The notes below the pieces were generated by a model. That model saw only the letters and a list, made by a program, of their open reading frames with translations, had not been told where the DNA came from and did not search any database. This document shows, one piece after another, positions 27,971 through 42,960 of a DNA stretch of 64,000 nt; the first letter of the stretch is position 1, and each line of letters begins with the position of its first letter. Both the position numbers and the translations under genes were made by a program. The DNA is from Eledone cirrhosa. Lineage: Eukaryota. The stretch lies in NCBI GenBank assembly GCA_964016885.1, contig OZ024740.1:353772001-353836000 (forward strand), written 5' to 3'.

Positions 27971-28843
27971 ATTAAACAAAGGAAATGGTTTCAATATTTG
28001 ATTTAGCTTCATTTCGTTTTGTCTGGCTCATCGATTATTGAAAAGTGGGACAGTTTGTGCAGCAACGTTACCTAAACAGGAAATATGCGTATCCCCAGGT
28101 ATTTCGCCTTCATTCTACTTATGCTATTTTTAGGCGAATGATGTGATTATTGCGATGGGATTTATATTAATAATATTCGTAAAGTGACTTGCTTCTAAAT
28201 ATACTTTTTCTGAGCTGCAATTTTCTCTCAAGCAACTGAATCTGAGATGATATGTCGAAACTAAAGCAATTACATTGTAGAAGAGAGATGTTAGACATTA
28301 AAAAACGCATACAAACTGCTAACATCATTTTAGATCTAATTCCTGATATAAAATTTTTTAACGCAACTCCTTGCGACTTGGTCGCTGACACATTTCCCCT
28401 CGCAATTAAACTGTCAGTGACCAGGCGGCAAACAGTACGATTTTGTTTTTCTTTCGATATTTGTTGTGCCAAAATAGACAAAGGCAATACCAATTTAAAT
28501 TTGTGTTGTTTTAAGCTCTTCTTTATGTGGGAATAGTCAAGAATGTATGTTTGAGTTTCTATATTTAGTAGGTAACATTATTTGTGTAAAAATATATAAC
28601 TGAGAACGTTTGTTGCGTGGTTCAATTGTATTTTTTAGATTGTGTAAGTTCTATTTTGTGTGTAGAAATAGACAAGTGCATTTGCTTCCATTTCAATGGG
28701 GAAAATTATCTAGTTAATATATAGTATAATTCTGAATTACCAAATGTTCATAAACGAGAATGACATGAAAGTCAATTGTTTTCTCATGGGTTATACTAAT
28801 GACTTGTAAAACCACATGAAATTACATCTATCTCGTCTGTCTG

Positions 28844-28930
<87 letters not shown>

Positions 28931-28979
28931 GGAGGTGAGTTTTATTGTAGTACAATAAAATACTAAATACTAAATCTCT

Positions 28980-30682
28980 TCCTTCCAACACTGAATATCA
29001 TAATAATAGTAATAGTACTCCCGACGTCATTGTTAACTCTAGGCTAATTTCTGCAAACCCAAATACAACGTCAAACGCAACTTCGTTAAATGTTCTTAAT
29101 CCCATTCTAAAGCAAGAAACTATTATACCTATCTTAAATAACTTCTCCAATCCAATTCCTTCTATAGATAACACTAGGTCACTTGTTAATAACTCTGTTA
29201 ATTTCTCTAATCGCAATTGTAATTGCCCTATTAAAAATAAATGTCCTCTCAACAACCATTGTCTTGAAAAAAACTTAATCTACGAATGTAAAGTTATAAC
29301 TGACACCAATTCCTTTACCTAATTTGGCTCCACTTCCACCTCCTTTAAAGCTCGTCTTTATAATCATCATTCGTCTTTTAAATACCAACTTAAAAGAACC
29401 AACACGGCACTCTCAGAACTCATATGGTCCTTGAAAGACAAAAATATTAACTATAACATCTCTTGGAGGAAGGCTTGTTCTGCTTCTCCATACTTGAATG
29501 CTTCTCTATCCAAGACATGTAATCTCTGTTTATGTGAGAAATTTACCATTATATTTAATTTAGATTCTATAATAAATAGACGCACTGACTTGTTTTCTCT
29601 CTGCTTGCATAAATTCCACAGAACATTCCATAAAGTATACAGCTAATATCTAATACTTTACCATTTTAAAATCCTTTTCTCAAAGGCACATATATATATA
29701 CATATATATTTCTTTAAAAATATACCCATCTTTCTACCTTATTTCAATGTTATTTATTATACATTATATAATACTAGTTTCTCATTCTCTATCACTCCTA
29801 TTTATCACTTCCCTTTCTTTCTTTTTTTCCTTTTTTCTTTTAATTTCTAACCTCTAATCTGTACCTTTTCTTCCTAGATACTTCTCAATTCTCGTTATTA
29901 CTCACCACAATATATCCTAACCCTTTTAAATACTTTATAATATCACCTTGAAAAGTCCTTCGTAAACATAAACATTTTTTTGACGTTAAATTATTCATCC
30001 TCAATTCATTATTTTTTTCTCCCTTTCATGCTCATCTAACTTATACATATTGCACATATTCATCCATTCATCCACTCTTCTACTTCTTTTCACAATATAT
30101 CCTTAATTACATTACTATTGTTATATTTTTATATTTTTAATAATACATATCAACAATTTCTTTCCATCGCACATATTATTAAACCCTTCAATATACAAAC
30201 CTTAATTTAACATTATTCTTAAATTTTTCCCTTCGTTAATTTTCAAATTCTTTTAATTTATATATTATCTTCCAACGGGTTTTTAACCTCTCTATGTAAA
30301 ACAATATATTTTTCTCAGTTATAAAAGCTATCTCTCTCTCTCTATCACCCATCTCTCCTCCTATCTCATCCTTCCTTATTATACTCCTCCCCCTCCATTC
30401 TTTACTCTCATCTCCTCCTCTTTTTCATCCTTTCCACCCCCCTCCCTTAATTTTTTTTCCAAATATCACACATCAATCTAAAACTACTTTTCATGTGTTG
30501 ATTTAAAACGCACTATTCACAAGTGTTTTTTAACCTTCATATCATAGTCCAGAATTAGCCGTCGAAACGGCTTGAGCTCAGCCGTCGGGGTCCTACTCGT
30601 TCCTATTACCCACTCTACTACCCTAAGTATTGAGTACTTTGGTGCGTTATGGTCCACCTGGTTCCTTACCACATTTCCTTCG

Positions 30683-30683
<1 letters not shown>
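28980..30683 (+). mobile_element. Penelope-like remnant: GIY-YIG, long AT-rich 3' region and pLTR tail
   Basis: CNCPIKNKCPLNNHCLEKNLIYECKV..GSTSTSFKARLYNH..WSLKD..CNLCLCEK; ends in the GCCGTCGAAACGGC tail. Confidence 0.8.
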
Positions 30684-30739
<56 letters not shown>

Positions 30740-31538
30740 TATATATTAGAGAGAGGAATGAGAGAAATAGAAAGAGAGAGGGCGAGACGGGAGGGGTAGA
30801 TAAGTAGATAAACAGACAGATAGATAAGGGTTTGACACTAAACATGCACTGCATTAATGTCGCATACACAGTATATATAGTCAATATAATAGTTATTAAT
30901 GGTTAGTTTATTTCATAATTTTCCGGCGTGATTGTCTTATTAAAACTGATTTGATAAGCGAATTACATCGGTAAAGCATTCATTATTAATAACAATTAAA
31001 TATATTTACCCACACAAAAACATACTCACAAACACACTCCCAAACACTCTCACAAACACACACATACACACACGCACACGCACACACATACACACCTATA
31101 TATATATGTGTATATATATATGTGAATAAAGTTAGTCCTTCATCAGTGATCTTCCAACCATCATTGGTATTTCATCGCTTTAAAGACCATATACCTCCGG
31201 TTGGTGCGAGCAACGGCTAAAAAAAGAGTCGTTGGGACACGTAAATAAAGGGGGCGCGAGTGTAAACAAACAAAAATGGTGAAGCAACGAAAAGTGAGGA
31301 AGAAGGAGTCAAGTCCTAAATTTCTATGAATTTAAATTCGGTGAAATCGTGAACGAGAGAGAATAAAGACCATCAAACCTGGTTGAAATGTGAGCAAGGA
31401 AGGAATTTCGCACAGGTCTAACGGGAGGAAGAAGGGTCTAGTCTGTGAATTCGGTAAACATAAGTTCTGTGAAATCGTAGACGAGAGAGAGAAAAAATGC
31501 CGACCGGCCTGGCCAAGCGTGTACACGTGAGACAGCAG

Positions 31539-32516
31539 TCATATGGGTCGGTAGTTCTTCAGATCTTCTCTATCTCCCTTCTTGTATAGCAGGGTGGTAT
31601 TCGACTCTTTCCACTGCGAGGGTATTCTTCCTTCGTCCAGATAGTGTGTGAATCGCTCGGCAAGGATTTTCCAGAGCTGCTCTACGCCTGACTTCAACAC
31701 CTCCGATGTTATGCCGTCTTTCCCTGGCGCCTTTCCGCTTTTCATCAAGCCGACGGCTCTTTCGATCTCACCAACAAGGATGGGTGGCACATTTTCTTCC
31801 GGTTGGAGTGACGGCAACGGCTGCACCTTCCCGGCAGACTTGAAGAGTTTGGTGTAGAAGTCTTCGCAAACCTTTTCCACCTCACTCTTGTCGCTGACCG
31901 GTACTCCAGCTGTGTTTTTCAGGGTCGTCACCTCCGATCTGTACATTGTCATGTCGCTCTCGGATTTCTTGAGGCTCTTCTTTTCCTTTGCGGCCTTCAG
32001 GAGCTTCTCCATCCGGTATGCCTCGAAGTCTCTCTTCAGTTATTGACGTATCACTCTGTTTCCTCCGAGACTCTTCCCTTCCGCTCCCTCGGGTACACAC
32101 CCTTAGCCTTCCTCAAGCACTCCTTCAGTTTCCTTATCAGTGAGTCATAGTCAGCGTCTATGCAGTCTCCTTGACGCCACTTTTCCTGCATAATGGCTTC
32201 CTGCAGCTGCGCCTCGTTGAAGACCCGGACGCGTTCTTCGCTCAACGCCAAATGCAGTGACTTCTCCCTCGTCCGGTCAATGACGACCCTCACTCTCACC
32301 AGACGATGATCACTGCCAGTGTTGAATGACGTTATGACGGAGACGTCCTGCAGTATGCGTCGCTTGTCGACCAAGATGTAATCAATCTCGTTTCGGTGGT
32401 CAGAATTTGGCGATACCCAGGTCCATCTCTTCTCCTTCTTCTTCCTGGATAGGCTGTTTCCGATATAGAGCCGTCTCGCCTCCGCCATGGTGACCAGACA
32501 CTCTCTTCTCTCATTT
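31539..32516 (-). mobile_element. RTE-clade LINE fragment (end of APE, linker, start of RT)
   Basis: RWTWVSPN..NEIDYIL..GSDHRLV; KAPGKDGI; LYKKGDREDLKNYRPI. Confidence 0.9.
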
Positions 32517-33070
32517 CGCTCTTCAGTGGGTGTAAAATTAGTAATCCCTTCACTTCTAAGTATATCAGAAGACTGAATAGTGTGCGAATATGAAATAACG
32601 CACATGGCTTCAGAACCTAGCGTGTCTCATAAACATACGCTGCTAAAAAAAAGCAACCAGGTGTACACGACATTTAACTTAGCTCTACAAGAAGGAGCCG
32701 ACAATATCAGGTATTGAGTTAGGAACTCAAAATAGTCTCATACAATTAAATAGCTCAAAGAAAGAAAATTAGTGATTTCCTTTGCTAAATAATTTGCGAA
32801 ACAGCTAAGCTGTCTGGGTGTTTCAGGCAGTTGCCCAATATAGGTTTGTTCTTATTTTTCTTGATTTATTTCTTTAAATTGAGTCTGGTTAACCATGTTA
32901 TTATTTTTTTCACCCTAGTGAACTTGGTCCCTTACAATTCGAACACATGTATGTTTATATCTGTGTTTATCTCTCTTGTTTATTCAATTATATTACACGG
33001 CTCAGAAAAACTTCTTTCTTTGAGCTATTTAATTGTATGAGACTATTTTCAGTTCCTAACTCAACACCTG
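32517..33070. mobile_element. Hammerhead element copy 2, internally inverted
   Basis: 5' half of the ribozyme on the minus strand (32517-32533), 3' half on the plus strand (32793-32821). Confidence 0.75.
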
Positions 33071-33081
33071 ATATATATATG

Positions 33082-33302
33082 TAACAGGAAAAGAGTTAGG
33101 ACCCTGACGGCTGAGTTCCGGCCGTTTCGACAGCTAGTTCCGAACTAGTTTGAACTAGATCCGAACAGTTCAGATCTAGCTGTCGAAACGGCCGGAGCTC
33201 AGCCGTCAGGAACCTGACTCTTTTCTTATTACCCAATCTACTGCCCTAAGAATCGAGTACTCTGGTGCGTCATGGTCCATCTGGTTTCTTACCATACCTT
33301 CT
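33082..33302 (+). mobile_element. Fold-back pLTR-tail element
   Basis: Hairpin 33082-33230 plus the family tail. Confidence 0.8.
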
Positions 33303-33316
33303 TAGTATATATACAT

Positions 33317-33349
<33 letters not shown>

Positions 33350-33495
33350 GTATTTTCCGTAGTGTTGTAATATGAATATTACACACAGTAGATGGACAGC
33401 TCACGTAGGGTTTGCTCGACGGTTCCAGTTGTAGTTTCAAAAGTAATCCGGAGAAAATAGAAGGATTTAAATGGATACAGTTCAGTAAAAGGAAT

Positions 33496-33616
33496 TTATT
33501 GACACGTGTTTCAATAACAGTTATATAACCTGAAAACAGCTGCTATCCACAAAGTATTAATTATGCAGACACCCAATATTTCAATGTTATTTTCAACTAT
33601 CATTTCATCAGAATAA
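33496..33616 (-). ncRNA. Type I hammerhead ribozyme with long stem II and palindromic stem III
   Basis: Minus strand: ttatt CTGATGA aatgatagtt...aactgttatt GAAA cacgtg TC aataa. Confidence 0.8.
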
Positions 33617-34175
33617 TCTCATTGAGAACTTGTTTGGTTTTTATAGAGAATATTAAGAGGGAGGAGTGGAGTTGTTAGAAGAATAGTTAAGGAAGTGGAT
33701 AGAAATTTTTGATAGCAGTGGGTAATTAGATTCCCATCTGTTGTTTTGACATTTTTATAGAATACATTATTTGGCGTTGGTTATTTTTCTAAATTTATAG
33801 GAGGATTAGAGATAGTAAAGATATGCATGGTTGGTTTTGTGTTTGCACTTAATTAACATACAGACTTGAATTTTTCTTTTAAGTGTGTGTATCCGTTCGC
33901 CCACACATAGATATATGTGTATATATACTTATTTAAAAGAAAAACATACACATTCACACATATACATATATGCACACCTCTACAAATACATACACTCACA
34001 TACACATACTTACATGCTCATACTTACATACATATATACATGTACATATATATGTACATATATATATATACATATATATATGTACCTACATACGTATTCA
34101 TGTATATACACTTTCATACTCTACTTATCTTCATATACACACATATAGACAGACACATATATACATACTCCTGTC

Positions 34176-34213
<38 letters not shown>

Positions 34214-34254
34214 CACATATACATGAATACACATACATTTAATTATACACATCA

Positions 34255-34303
<49 letters not shown>

Positions 34304-34479
34304 TCACCCACTTATTTTCTAATTTATATATATATATACACTCACCCACTTATTTTCTAATTTATATATATATATATATATGTATATAAACATTCGTTTT
34401 ACGAAGCGTTTATTGAATTTGAATTTCGAAAGTACGTTAACTTAATGTAAGTTGCTAAAATACAGGTTAGACTATTAGA

Positions 34480-35620
34480 TAGTCGAACAAGTTGCGCATG
34501 TAAACAAACTCCTAGAGACAAGGAAAATGGACAAAGTCGTATAAGGCTTATATGTCAAACTTTGTCGACTATTCAATCGTCAAATCTGAGTTGTAGCATC
34601 TTACAATAAGCTAACGTCCTTTCAGAATATTTATACATATATTTACAAAAACAACATCGGCTTCGTGAAGATTTTCTTGTCACCGTGTACTAGATTATCA
34701 TTTAGAATCGATCATTAGAACATGTAACTTATCCCATTCTGAATAAACCCCAACCCCAAGTAGTAGTACCTCATTCACCTCAACGATATCCACTGCTTTG
34801 AAACCGCTTTGTTTTTGGTCAAATCTGAGAGGAAGTGGCCAATTTTCTATAAGAAAACTGAGTGCGATTTTAACTACAGCATCACTGCGAATAAAGTTAT
34901 TGATGTAAATCAGGACGGATTAGTTTTTATTCTTTGATTTCTTGTTTCTTCATTTGATAAGAATAATTTAATCGTATACAATCGATGAAATTTTTGAGCA
35001 AAAAAGATAGATATTAATAAAATATAAGTACTTGCAGAATACAAGCAGATGGCTAGCCACTTTAAAATCTAGATAGTTTGTATTATTGAAGTATTTTATA
35101 ACATTTTCTTTGGATATCTCTTGAGAGTCTTATCAAAAGTATAGAATTCGATCAACTTGTAAACTTACTGTTACATAAACTTTTCTATGTAAAAATATAT
35201 CCTTTCTTTCACTTTCATTAAGTGATCATGTCATGAAGAGTTCAAGATTGAACCTGTTGGCAGATTTATTTCGCATATTAATACATCTACGCATGTTATT
35301 TTCAGAGACTTTTTCATTCATAGCAACAATGCACATACAATCATATATCTGTTCAACTAACAGCAACCATCATTTTTGCACTGTATATTAATTCCTGCAT
35401 TATATTAAAACCATATCAAAAGGTGTTTCAGAAAATAGCCAATAACTTTACATGTTGAATTCTTGTAATAAGTATTCACAACACTACTTGGCTGTTGGGT
35501 GCTTTTAGAGTAGTCCAATATGTTGCATTCGATTCAGGTCTCTGATTTGAGAATATCTTCCCCCTATCTCCAACCAGTCACGGAGGCTCGGATAAAGACC
35601 AAGGTGATTGATTTTTTCTC
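34480..35620 (+). pseudogene. Degraded EVE: mononegavirus-like L, conserved regions I-II to motif A
   Basis: Plus strand, with frameshifts: ESIIRT/YPIL (cf. FRTFGHPxL), VKSERKWP (cf. xxWP), ESLIKSIEFDQL (cf. VFLNDSEFDP), FLSLSLS/EEFKIEPVGRF (cf. LSYSLKEKEIKxxGRLF), AVGCF*SS..CCIRFR (cf. SCFLTTDLKKYCLNWR). Confidence 0.55.
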
Positions 35621-35640
35621 TCCCTAACTAAGCGGTAGTA

Positions 35641-35803
<163 letters not shown>

Positions 35804-35899
35804 ATGAATTCCTGCGTGTAAAAAATACATATAGGGAAACAAGTATCATCCAACCGTATGCCAATGTGGTTCTATGACGGGTTAATAAATTAACAAGCC

Positions 35900-36313
35900 A
35901 GAACATATAAAATCGAGGTCTAGCAAATAGAGAAAAAAGTTTTAAAATAAATTTTAAAAAATTCGCTGTACTTACTATATGTGCCTTTACCGCGGTTTCA
36001 TGCTCCAGAATAAACGGATAATCCAAGCGGATTTACATTGAGAAGGGAGCAAGCTTCAGAAGGCTCTTCTCTCTCGGAGAGTATAACATTCCCGAGTTCA
36101 AATAACAAACTGAGGCCATACAAAACCATTCCCAAATGACAGCGGAGGATGAAAGAAATAATTATGTCTGGTGTCGTGTGCAAAGACAAATGGAAATCCG
36201 CTTGGATTTTCCGTTTATTCTGGAGCATGAAACCGCGGTAAAGGCACATATAGTAAGTACAGCGAATTTAAAAAAAATTATTTTAAAACTTTTTCTCTAT
36301 TTGCTAGACCTCG

Positions 36314-36320
<7 letters not shown>
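35900..36320. mobile_element. Fold-back pLTR-like element
   Basis: 35908-36034 is inverted relative to 36194-36320. Confidence 0.8.
35983..36064 (-). ncRNA. Type I hammerhead ribozyme variant (CUGAAGC)
   Basis: Minus strand: gcctt CTGAAGC ttgctcc...ggagcat GAAA ccgcgg TA aaggc. Confidence 0.7.
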
Positions 36321-36384
<64 letters not shown>

Positions 36385-36471
36385 ATATATATGTATATAT
36401 ATATGTATATATATATGTATATATATATGTACATATATATATGTATATATATATATGTATATATATATATG

Positions 36472-36527
<56 letters not shown>

Positions 36528-36529
<2 letters not shown>

Positions 36530-36715
36530 AGTAAGTAAGACCCCGACGGCTGAGCTCAAGCCGTTTCGACGGCTAATTCGGTACAGAATTAGCCGTCGAA
36601 ACGGCTTGAGCTCAGCCGTCGGGGTCTTACTTCTCCTATTACCCACTCTACTACCCTAAGTATTGAGTACTTTGGTACGTTATGGTCCACCTGGTTCCTT
36701 ACCACTTTTCCTTCG
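36528..36715 (+). mobile_element. Fold-back pLTR-tail element
   Basis: Near-perfect hairpin 36534-36632 plus the family tail. Confidence 0.85.
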
Positions 36716-36716
36716 C

Positions 36717-36755
<39 letters not shown>

Positions 36756-36759
36756 TTCG

Positions 36760-38173
36760 TTTCTGAATTTGTTTAGCAAGATTCTTTATCTGAAATCGTG
36801 TGTTGAAACCGATATTGTTATACTTTGGGAGGGTCATGTTGCCAATAACAAACACACGCACCAGTTGCTTTCACTTCAATTTATTATATATTTATAAATT
36901 TATAAATTTACAAATTTACAAACTTATAAATTTCTGGTTGGTTGGTTGGTTCCACAACCAGATAGTTGTTTATATATAGTCATAGTCCTTTCGTCACACA
37001 CTCTGTGACCTCTTCAGTGACTGGGGATTCCTTTCCTTTGTTTCTGTGCCTTTCCTTTCTTCTATCCTACGCCATTTTGTTTCTGTGTGTGTGTTGTGTG
37101 CTCAGTTTGCGCATGCGCCACATCCGGGTGTCTGTGTGTGTTTGTGTTCATTTATCTATTTGTTTATTTATTTAGTTTATTTATTGTTGGTTGGTTGTTT
37201 GTTCTATGTGTGTGTGTGTCTTCATTTTGTCCTGTGTGTGTTTTCATTTTGTCCTTAATTGTAAGTTGTTTGTTCTATGTGTGTGTGTGTTTTCATTTTT
37301 TCCTGTGTGTGTTTTCATTTTGTCCTTAATTGTAAGTTGTGATGTTGCTGTTCCACTCATATTTTCTATTTAATTTTGGTTTTAATTCTTTTATGCTTAC
37401 TGCCTCTGTAATTTGCCTAAATATTGCGTCTTTTCTGTGTGTGGATTCTATTTTTATTTCTATGTTCTCTAATCTACCCCTGTGTTCTATCTTAGCATGT
37501 TGGTAGAGCACAGATGATTCTTTATTATCTTGGAGGTCTCGCCAGTGTTCATTTATTCGTTCCCCTATACTACGAGCTGTCTCACCTATGTACACTATAT
37601 TTTTGTTTCTACATGTCCTTCTGTACATCTTATGCTATACACTACATTTCTAGTTTTACAGTTAATATGGGGGCTTATTTTACAGGTTATACATTTCTTA
37701 TCTATACATGAGGGTCTTTGGAACGGGTATGTCTTGCTAATAAGTGTTTTTACGGAGGTACCTGGTCTTTCTACTATCTTAATATTGAGATTATGTTTAT
37801 TTAGGGCCCTTCTAAATTTGTAGGCTAGTTCGCCTCTAGGGGTTGTATTGATGAACATTACACTCTGGTATTTATTGCTATCATACCATGAGTTTATTCT
37901 ATTAGCCTTGTTCCTAGTTCTTTCTATTCTATTCCAAAATTTGCTCCTATACAAGGGGCAGGTCCCATTTATGTCATTATTTACCATTTTTTCCCATTTG
38001 GTTCTGGCTCCTTTATACACTCTGATTCTATCTCTCTGATTGTAGCCAGAGAACTGCATACGGTGGATGAAGTGTTGTATGTGTCTCTCTAGTTCTTTGG
38101 GGTTGCACATGTGGGACACATTTCTCATCACCCGTACCAAATCCGCAATCAGTATGTTGATTTTGGTATGGTC
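36760..38173 (-). mobile_element. Penelope-like element 3' part (RT thumb/linker, GIY-YIG, pLTR)
   Basis: ORFs 37595-38215 (CxxxxCxxC..NCKTRNVVYSIRC) and 37326-37628 (VYIGETARSIGERINEH..ITEAVSI..LN). Confidence 0.9.
36978..37022 (-). ncRNA. Minimal type I hammerhead ribozyme in the pLTR
   Basis: Minus strand: agtca CTGAAGA g-gtcaca-gagtg-tgtgac GAAA ggac TA tgact. Confidence 0.75.
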
Positions 38174-38507
38174 CGAAATTCTGGGAGAAGGAAAACTCTG
38201 ATATAACACCTGCAACCCTGATTGTATCCAATGATGTTGACTTGTTCTTCTTTTTGGTAAATATCATCTTGGTTAAGAGAGTGGGAGTGCCTTTGTGCAG
38301 TGTCTTTGCTCACTATAAAAGCTTCACGGCACAGGCATTGCTTTATATCTGGAGATCTCTCTGCACTTGTCGTCACATGGTACCATGGGCCCAGCACTAT
38401 GTGTCAATAATTGTCACAAGTGTAGTGTTTGTACCAGAATTTTCAAGTCGCTGGCTGGACTAAAAACTGACACTTGTTCAGCGCATCGGTAGGGGTTCTC
38501 CTACAGG

Positions 38508-39477
<970 letters not shown>

Positions 39478-39565
39478 TGTATACATATATTATCAGAAAA
39501 ATAAAAAGAACAAACAGAAAAATTAACACACTAAAATACTGCCAACAGCAACACACACACATTCA

Positions 39566-41485
39566 ATGGCTATCACCCTGCTTGAGCAAAAAAAATATAA
39601 CCTCCAGCAATGCATGATGACCATCATCAATAACCAGAAAATAGCTGAAGAGAGGTGGGCGATTGAGAACATCGAACTCAACCCCAAAGTGTTCTTCTCA
39701 TTCGCTAAAAAACACAAGGTCACCGCCTCCACTGTTGGCCCCCTAGTTGATGAAAATGGCACACCCCAGGACAATGCCAAAACCATGGGCGAGATACTGC
39801 AGAAACAATTCTGCTCTGTTTTCAGCAACACTGATATGGCCGATCTGAGCCGTATCAGTGATATTAACCCCCAACACACTATATCAGACATAACATTTGG
39901 CGCCCCTGATGTCTTAGCGGCAATAAACGAAATTAAACACAATTCAGCATTAGGCCCCGACAGGTTCCCTGCTTGTGTCCTGAAGGTGTGTCGACACCAA
40001 CTTGCAACTCCTCTTGCTAATCTGTGGAGGAACTCACTGGACACTGGCTATATTCCTGAAAACTTTCTGTCCCAGTCCGTTGTCCCAGTCTTCAAAAAGG
40101 GAAATAAGTCCCTTGCAGTGAACTACCGTCCGATCTCACTGACCTCTCATATTATCAAAGTATTTGAGAGGGTGGTGAGATCACGAATAACCCACTTTCT
40201 TGAAAGCAACGGCCTGCTGAACTCCAGCCAACATGGATTCCGTAATGGAAGGGACTGCCTAACGCAGCTCCTGCATCACTTTGACGGTGTTTTGAGAGCC
40301 TTGGCAGAGGGCTCCAACACTGATGTCATCTACCTTGATTTCAGCAAGACCTTCGACAGGGTTGATCATAAGATTCTACTGAAAAAACTATCCAGTGTTG
40401 GTGTCTCTGGAAGGTTACTACAGCGGATCAAATGTTTCCTGACAGGCAGAACCCAGCATGTTGTAGTCGAAGGAGTAAAATCAAGCCCTGCCAAAGTCAG
40501 CAGTGGTGTCCCACAAGGCACAGTGCTGGGCCCACTTCTTTTCATCATCTACATTAATGACATTACTGACATCATCAAACACAGCAACATCAGAATCTTC
40601 GCAGATGGTTCCAAGCTCCAAAGGGTCATCAATGAGGTGGGTGACCGGACTTGCCTTCAGTCAGACCTACTGGCTGTTCTCCAATGGGCAGAGATGAATA
40701 ATATGCTGTTGAATGAGGATAAATTTGAACTAATCCACTTTGGAAAAAAGGATGCTCTGAAACTACTATACTCTCTTCCTTCGGGAGAAACTCTAGTGGC
40801 TTCCAATAACATCAGAGACCTGGGAGTAATTGTGGACAACAATATAAGTTGGGCCACTCATATAAACAGCAAAGGTGATATGGCCCGCAGAATGTGTTCC
40901 TGGATTCTGAGAACTTTCCAGTCGAGAGATATCCACACTGTTGTCCTTCTCTTCTCCACTTTTGCCCGACCCGACCTTGAATACTGTTGTGCACTGTGGT
41001 CACCCCACACAAAACAAAGTATCATGAAAGTTGAAGCACCCCAAAGGTCAATTACAAAAAAGATAGTTGGCATGACATTCCTTGACTATTGGGGTCGATT
41101 AGAAAAGCTCAAACTTTATTCTCTTCAACGTCGCCGTGAGCGCTACATTATCTGTATGATGCGGAAAATATTCCATCAGCTTAGCCCAAATGATGTTGGC
41201 CTCACCTTTAGTGTACACCCAAGGCTTGGGCCCCGTGCTATCCGCCCACGACAAAAATCCCACTCGCATCACATGACAACAATACGGCACAATTATTTCA
41301 CCTCAATTGGCCCTGCACTCTTTAACATTACACCAAAACACATCAAAGCAGAGACAGACTCTATCAAGTTCAAGAAGTCTTTGGATAAATTCCATCAAGA
41401 AATCCCGGATAAGCCTCCTACACCCGGATATGCCTCCGTAAACAATAACTCTCTGCTCGAGTGGGCCATGGTGCCCAAACACTGA
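39566..41485 (+). CDS. CR1-like LINE ORF2 (reverse transcriptase), 5'-truncated; element ends near 41570
   Basis: 639-aa ORF: [40 protein letters not shown] (for FADD), RPDLEYC. Confidence 0.93.
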   Translation: MAITLLEQKKYNLQQCMMTIINNQKIAEERWAIENIELNPKVFFSFAKKHKVTASTVGPLVDENGTPQDNAKTMGEILQKQFCSVFSNTDMADLSRISDINPQHTISDITFGAPDVLAAINEIKHNSALGPDRFPACVLKVCRHQLATPLANLWRNSLDTGYIPENFLSQSVVPVFKKGNKSLAVNYRPISLTSHIIKVFERVVRSRITHFLESNGLLNSSQHGFRNGRDCLTQLLHHFDGVLRALAEGSNTDVIYLDFSKTFDRVDHKILLKKLSSVGVSGRLLQRIKCFLTGRTQHVVVEGVKSSPAKVSSGVPQGTVLGPLLFIIYINDITDIIKHSNIRIFADGSKLQRVINEVGDRTCLQSDLLAVLQWAEMNNMLLNEDKFELIHFGKKDALKLLYSLPSGETLVASNNIRDLGVIVDNNISWATHINSKGDMARRMCSWILRTFQSRDIHTVVLLFSTFARPDLEYCCALWSPHTKQSIMKVEAPQRSITKKIVGMTFLDYWGRLEKLKLYSLQRRRERYIICMMRKIFHQLSPNDVGLTFSVHPRLGPRAIRPRQKSHSHHMTTIRHNYFTSIGPALFNITPKHIKAETDSIKFKKSLDKFHQEIPDKPPTPGYASVNNNSLLEWAMVPKH

Positions 41486-41592
41486 TTTGTAAGACTTCGC
41501 CAGGTGGTGCTATTAAGTTAGACATGGTCTGGACCAATACTGGCCGAACCTATCAAAGTTATGAAAGTTATATATATATATATACATAGATA

Positions 41593-42205
41593 TACATCAA
41601 AGGTATATATTGAGTTAGAAACTAAAAACTAGTCTCTTACAATTAATTTTCCGGGCCGTATAGTATAATTGAATATAAAAGAGTGATAAAGACATATATA
41701 CTATACGGTCGGGAAAAATCTCTTTTCTTGAGCTATTTAATTGTAAGAGACTATTTTAAGTTTCTAACTCAATATAAACCTTTGATATATTCGGCGCCTT
41801 CAATTTGTAGAGCTAATTTAAATGTCGTGTAAACTTGGCTGCTATTTTTAGTAGTATGTGTTTATGAGACACGCTAGGTTCTGATGCCATGTGCGTTATT
41901 TTATATAAGCACACTATTCAGTCTTCTGAGATATTTAAAAGTGAAGGGTTTACTAATTTTACACCCACTGATGAGCAAAAGAATTGGTAATTCCCTTCAC
42001 GATAATTGCGAAACAGCAATACTGCAAGCTGTCTGGGTGTCTGGCAGTTGCCCCAATATCGGTTTGTATTCATTTTCTTGATTTATTATTTTAGATTGAG
42101 TCTGGCAAAGTTAGTATTTTTTTCACCCTAGCGAATCTGGTCCCTTACGATTTGAACACATATATGTATATATCTGTGTTTATCTCTCTTTTATATTCAA
42201 TTATA
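41593..42205 (+). mobile_element. Non-coding hammerhead element, copy 3
   Basis: Homologous to 26130-26680; inverted 5' segment; in TA/TACA repeats. Confidence 0.8.
41961..42040 (+). ncRNA. Type I hammerhead ribozyme (canonical)
   Basis: acaccca CTGATGA gcaa...ttgc GAAA cagc-aatactgcaa-gctg TC tgggtgt; predicted cleavage after 42033. Confidence 0.92.
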
Positions 42206-42269
42206 CATACATATATATATATACATATATCGATATATATATATATATATACACACACACATACATACA

Positions 42270-42305
<36 letters not shown>

Positions 42306-42391
42306 TATATAAAGAGAGAGAGAGGGTGTAATAAGGATAGGGAGATAACAAGTATATATATATATATACACAAACACACACACACACATGC

Positions 42392-42422
<31 letters not shown>

Positions 42423-42444
42423 CATACATACATACATACATACA

Positions 42445-42490
<46 letters not shown>

Positions 42491-42651
42491 AAGGGAGATA
42501 ACAAGAATATATATATATATATCCGTAAGTGGTTGACGGGAGAGAGAAAGGGGAACTCAATACCGAAGTAGAGTTTTAATATTCGTTTATATTTAAGGCT
42601 AAAAAGTGATCCGTTGTTACTCTGGAATTTCGCCTATTTATCACAGGGTCA

Positions 42652-42723
<72 letters not shown>

Positions 42724-42960
42724 CTGTGACTTTGTCTAGTTTGAGTATATGTAAATTTTTATATTTGATAATCTCCCATAAGGTTGAGATGCAATTTGGG
42801 CAATCAATATTGGTCTGCGCTTTCTAGCCACCAGCCCACTCGCCGTAAGGCACCAATCACATTTTTTCTGACTTGACCACTGCCACGTCACAGTTCTTAG
42901 CCATTTTGAATTCGTTTCTGGCGGGGATCATTTAAGAAAAACCTTTGTCCAAGTGGGTTT

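Noticed and set aside
28167-28536. Overlapping 108/94-aa ORFs (ALKNFISGIRSK, vaguely Gag-like)
   Set aside because: No second motif or LTR context; cannot assign.
31125-31538. LTR-end/PBS-like sequence (AATAAA..TGGTGCGAGC)
   Set aside because: No matching second LTR or gag/pol.
34500-35630. Minus-strand FLSDLTKNKAVS resembling the L 'DKA' motif
   Set aside because: The plus strand gives a longer ordered series of L motifs; the minus match is probably chance.
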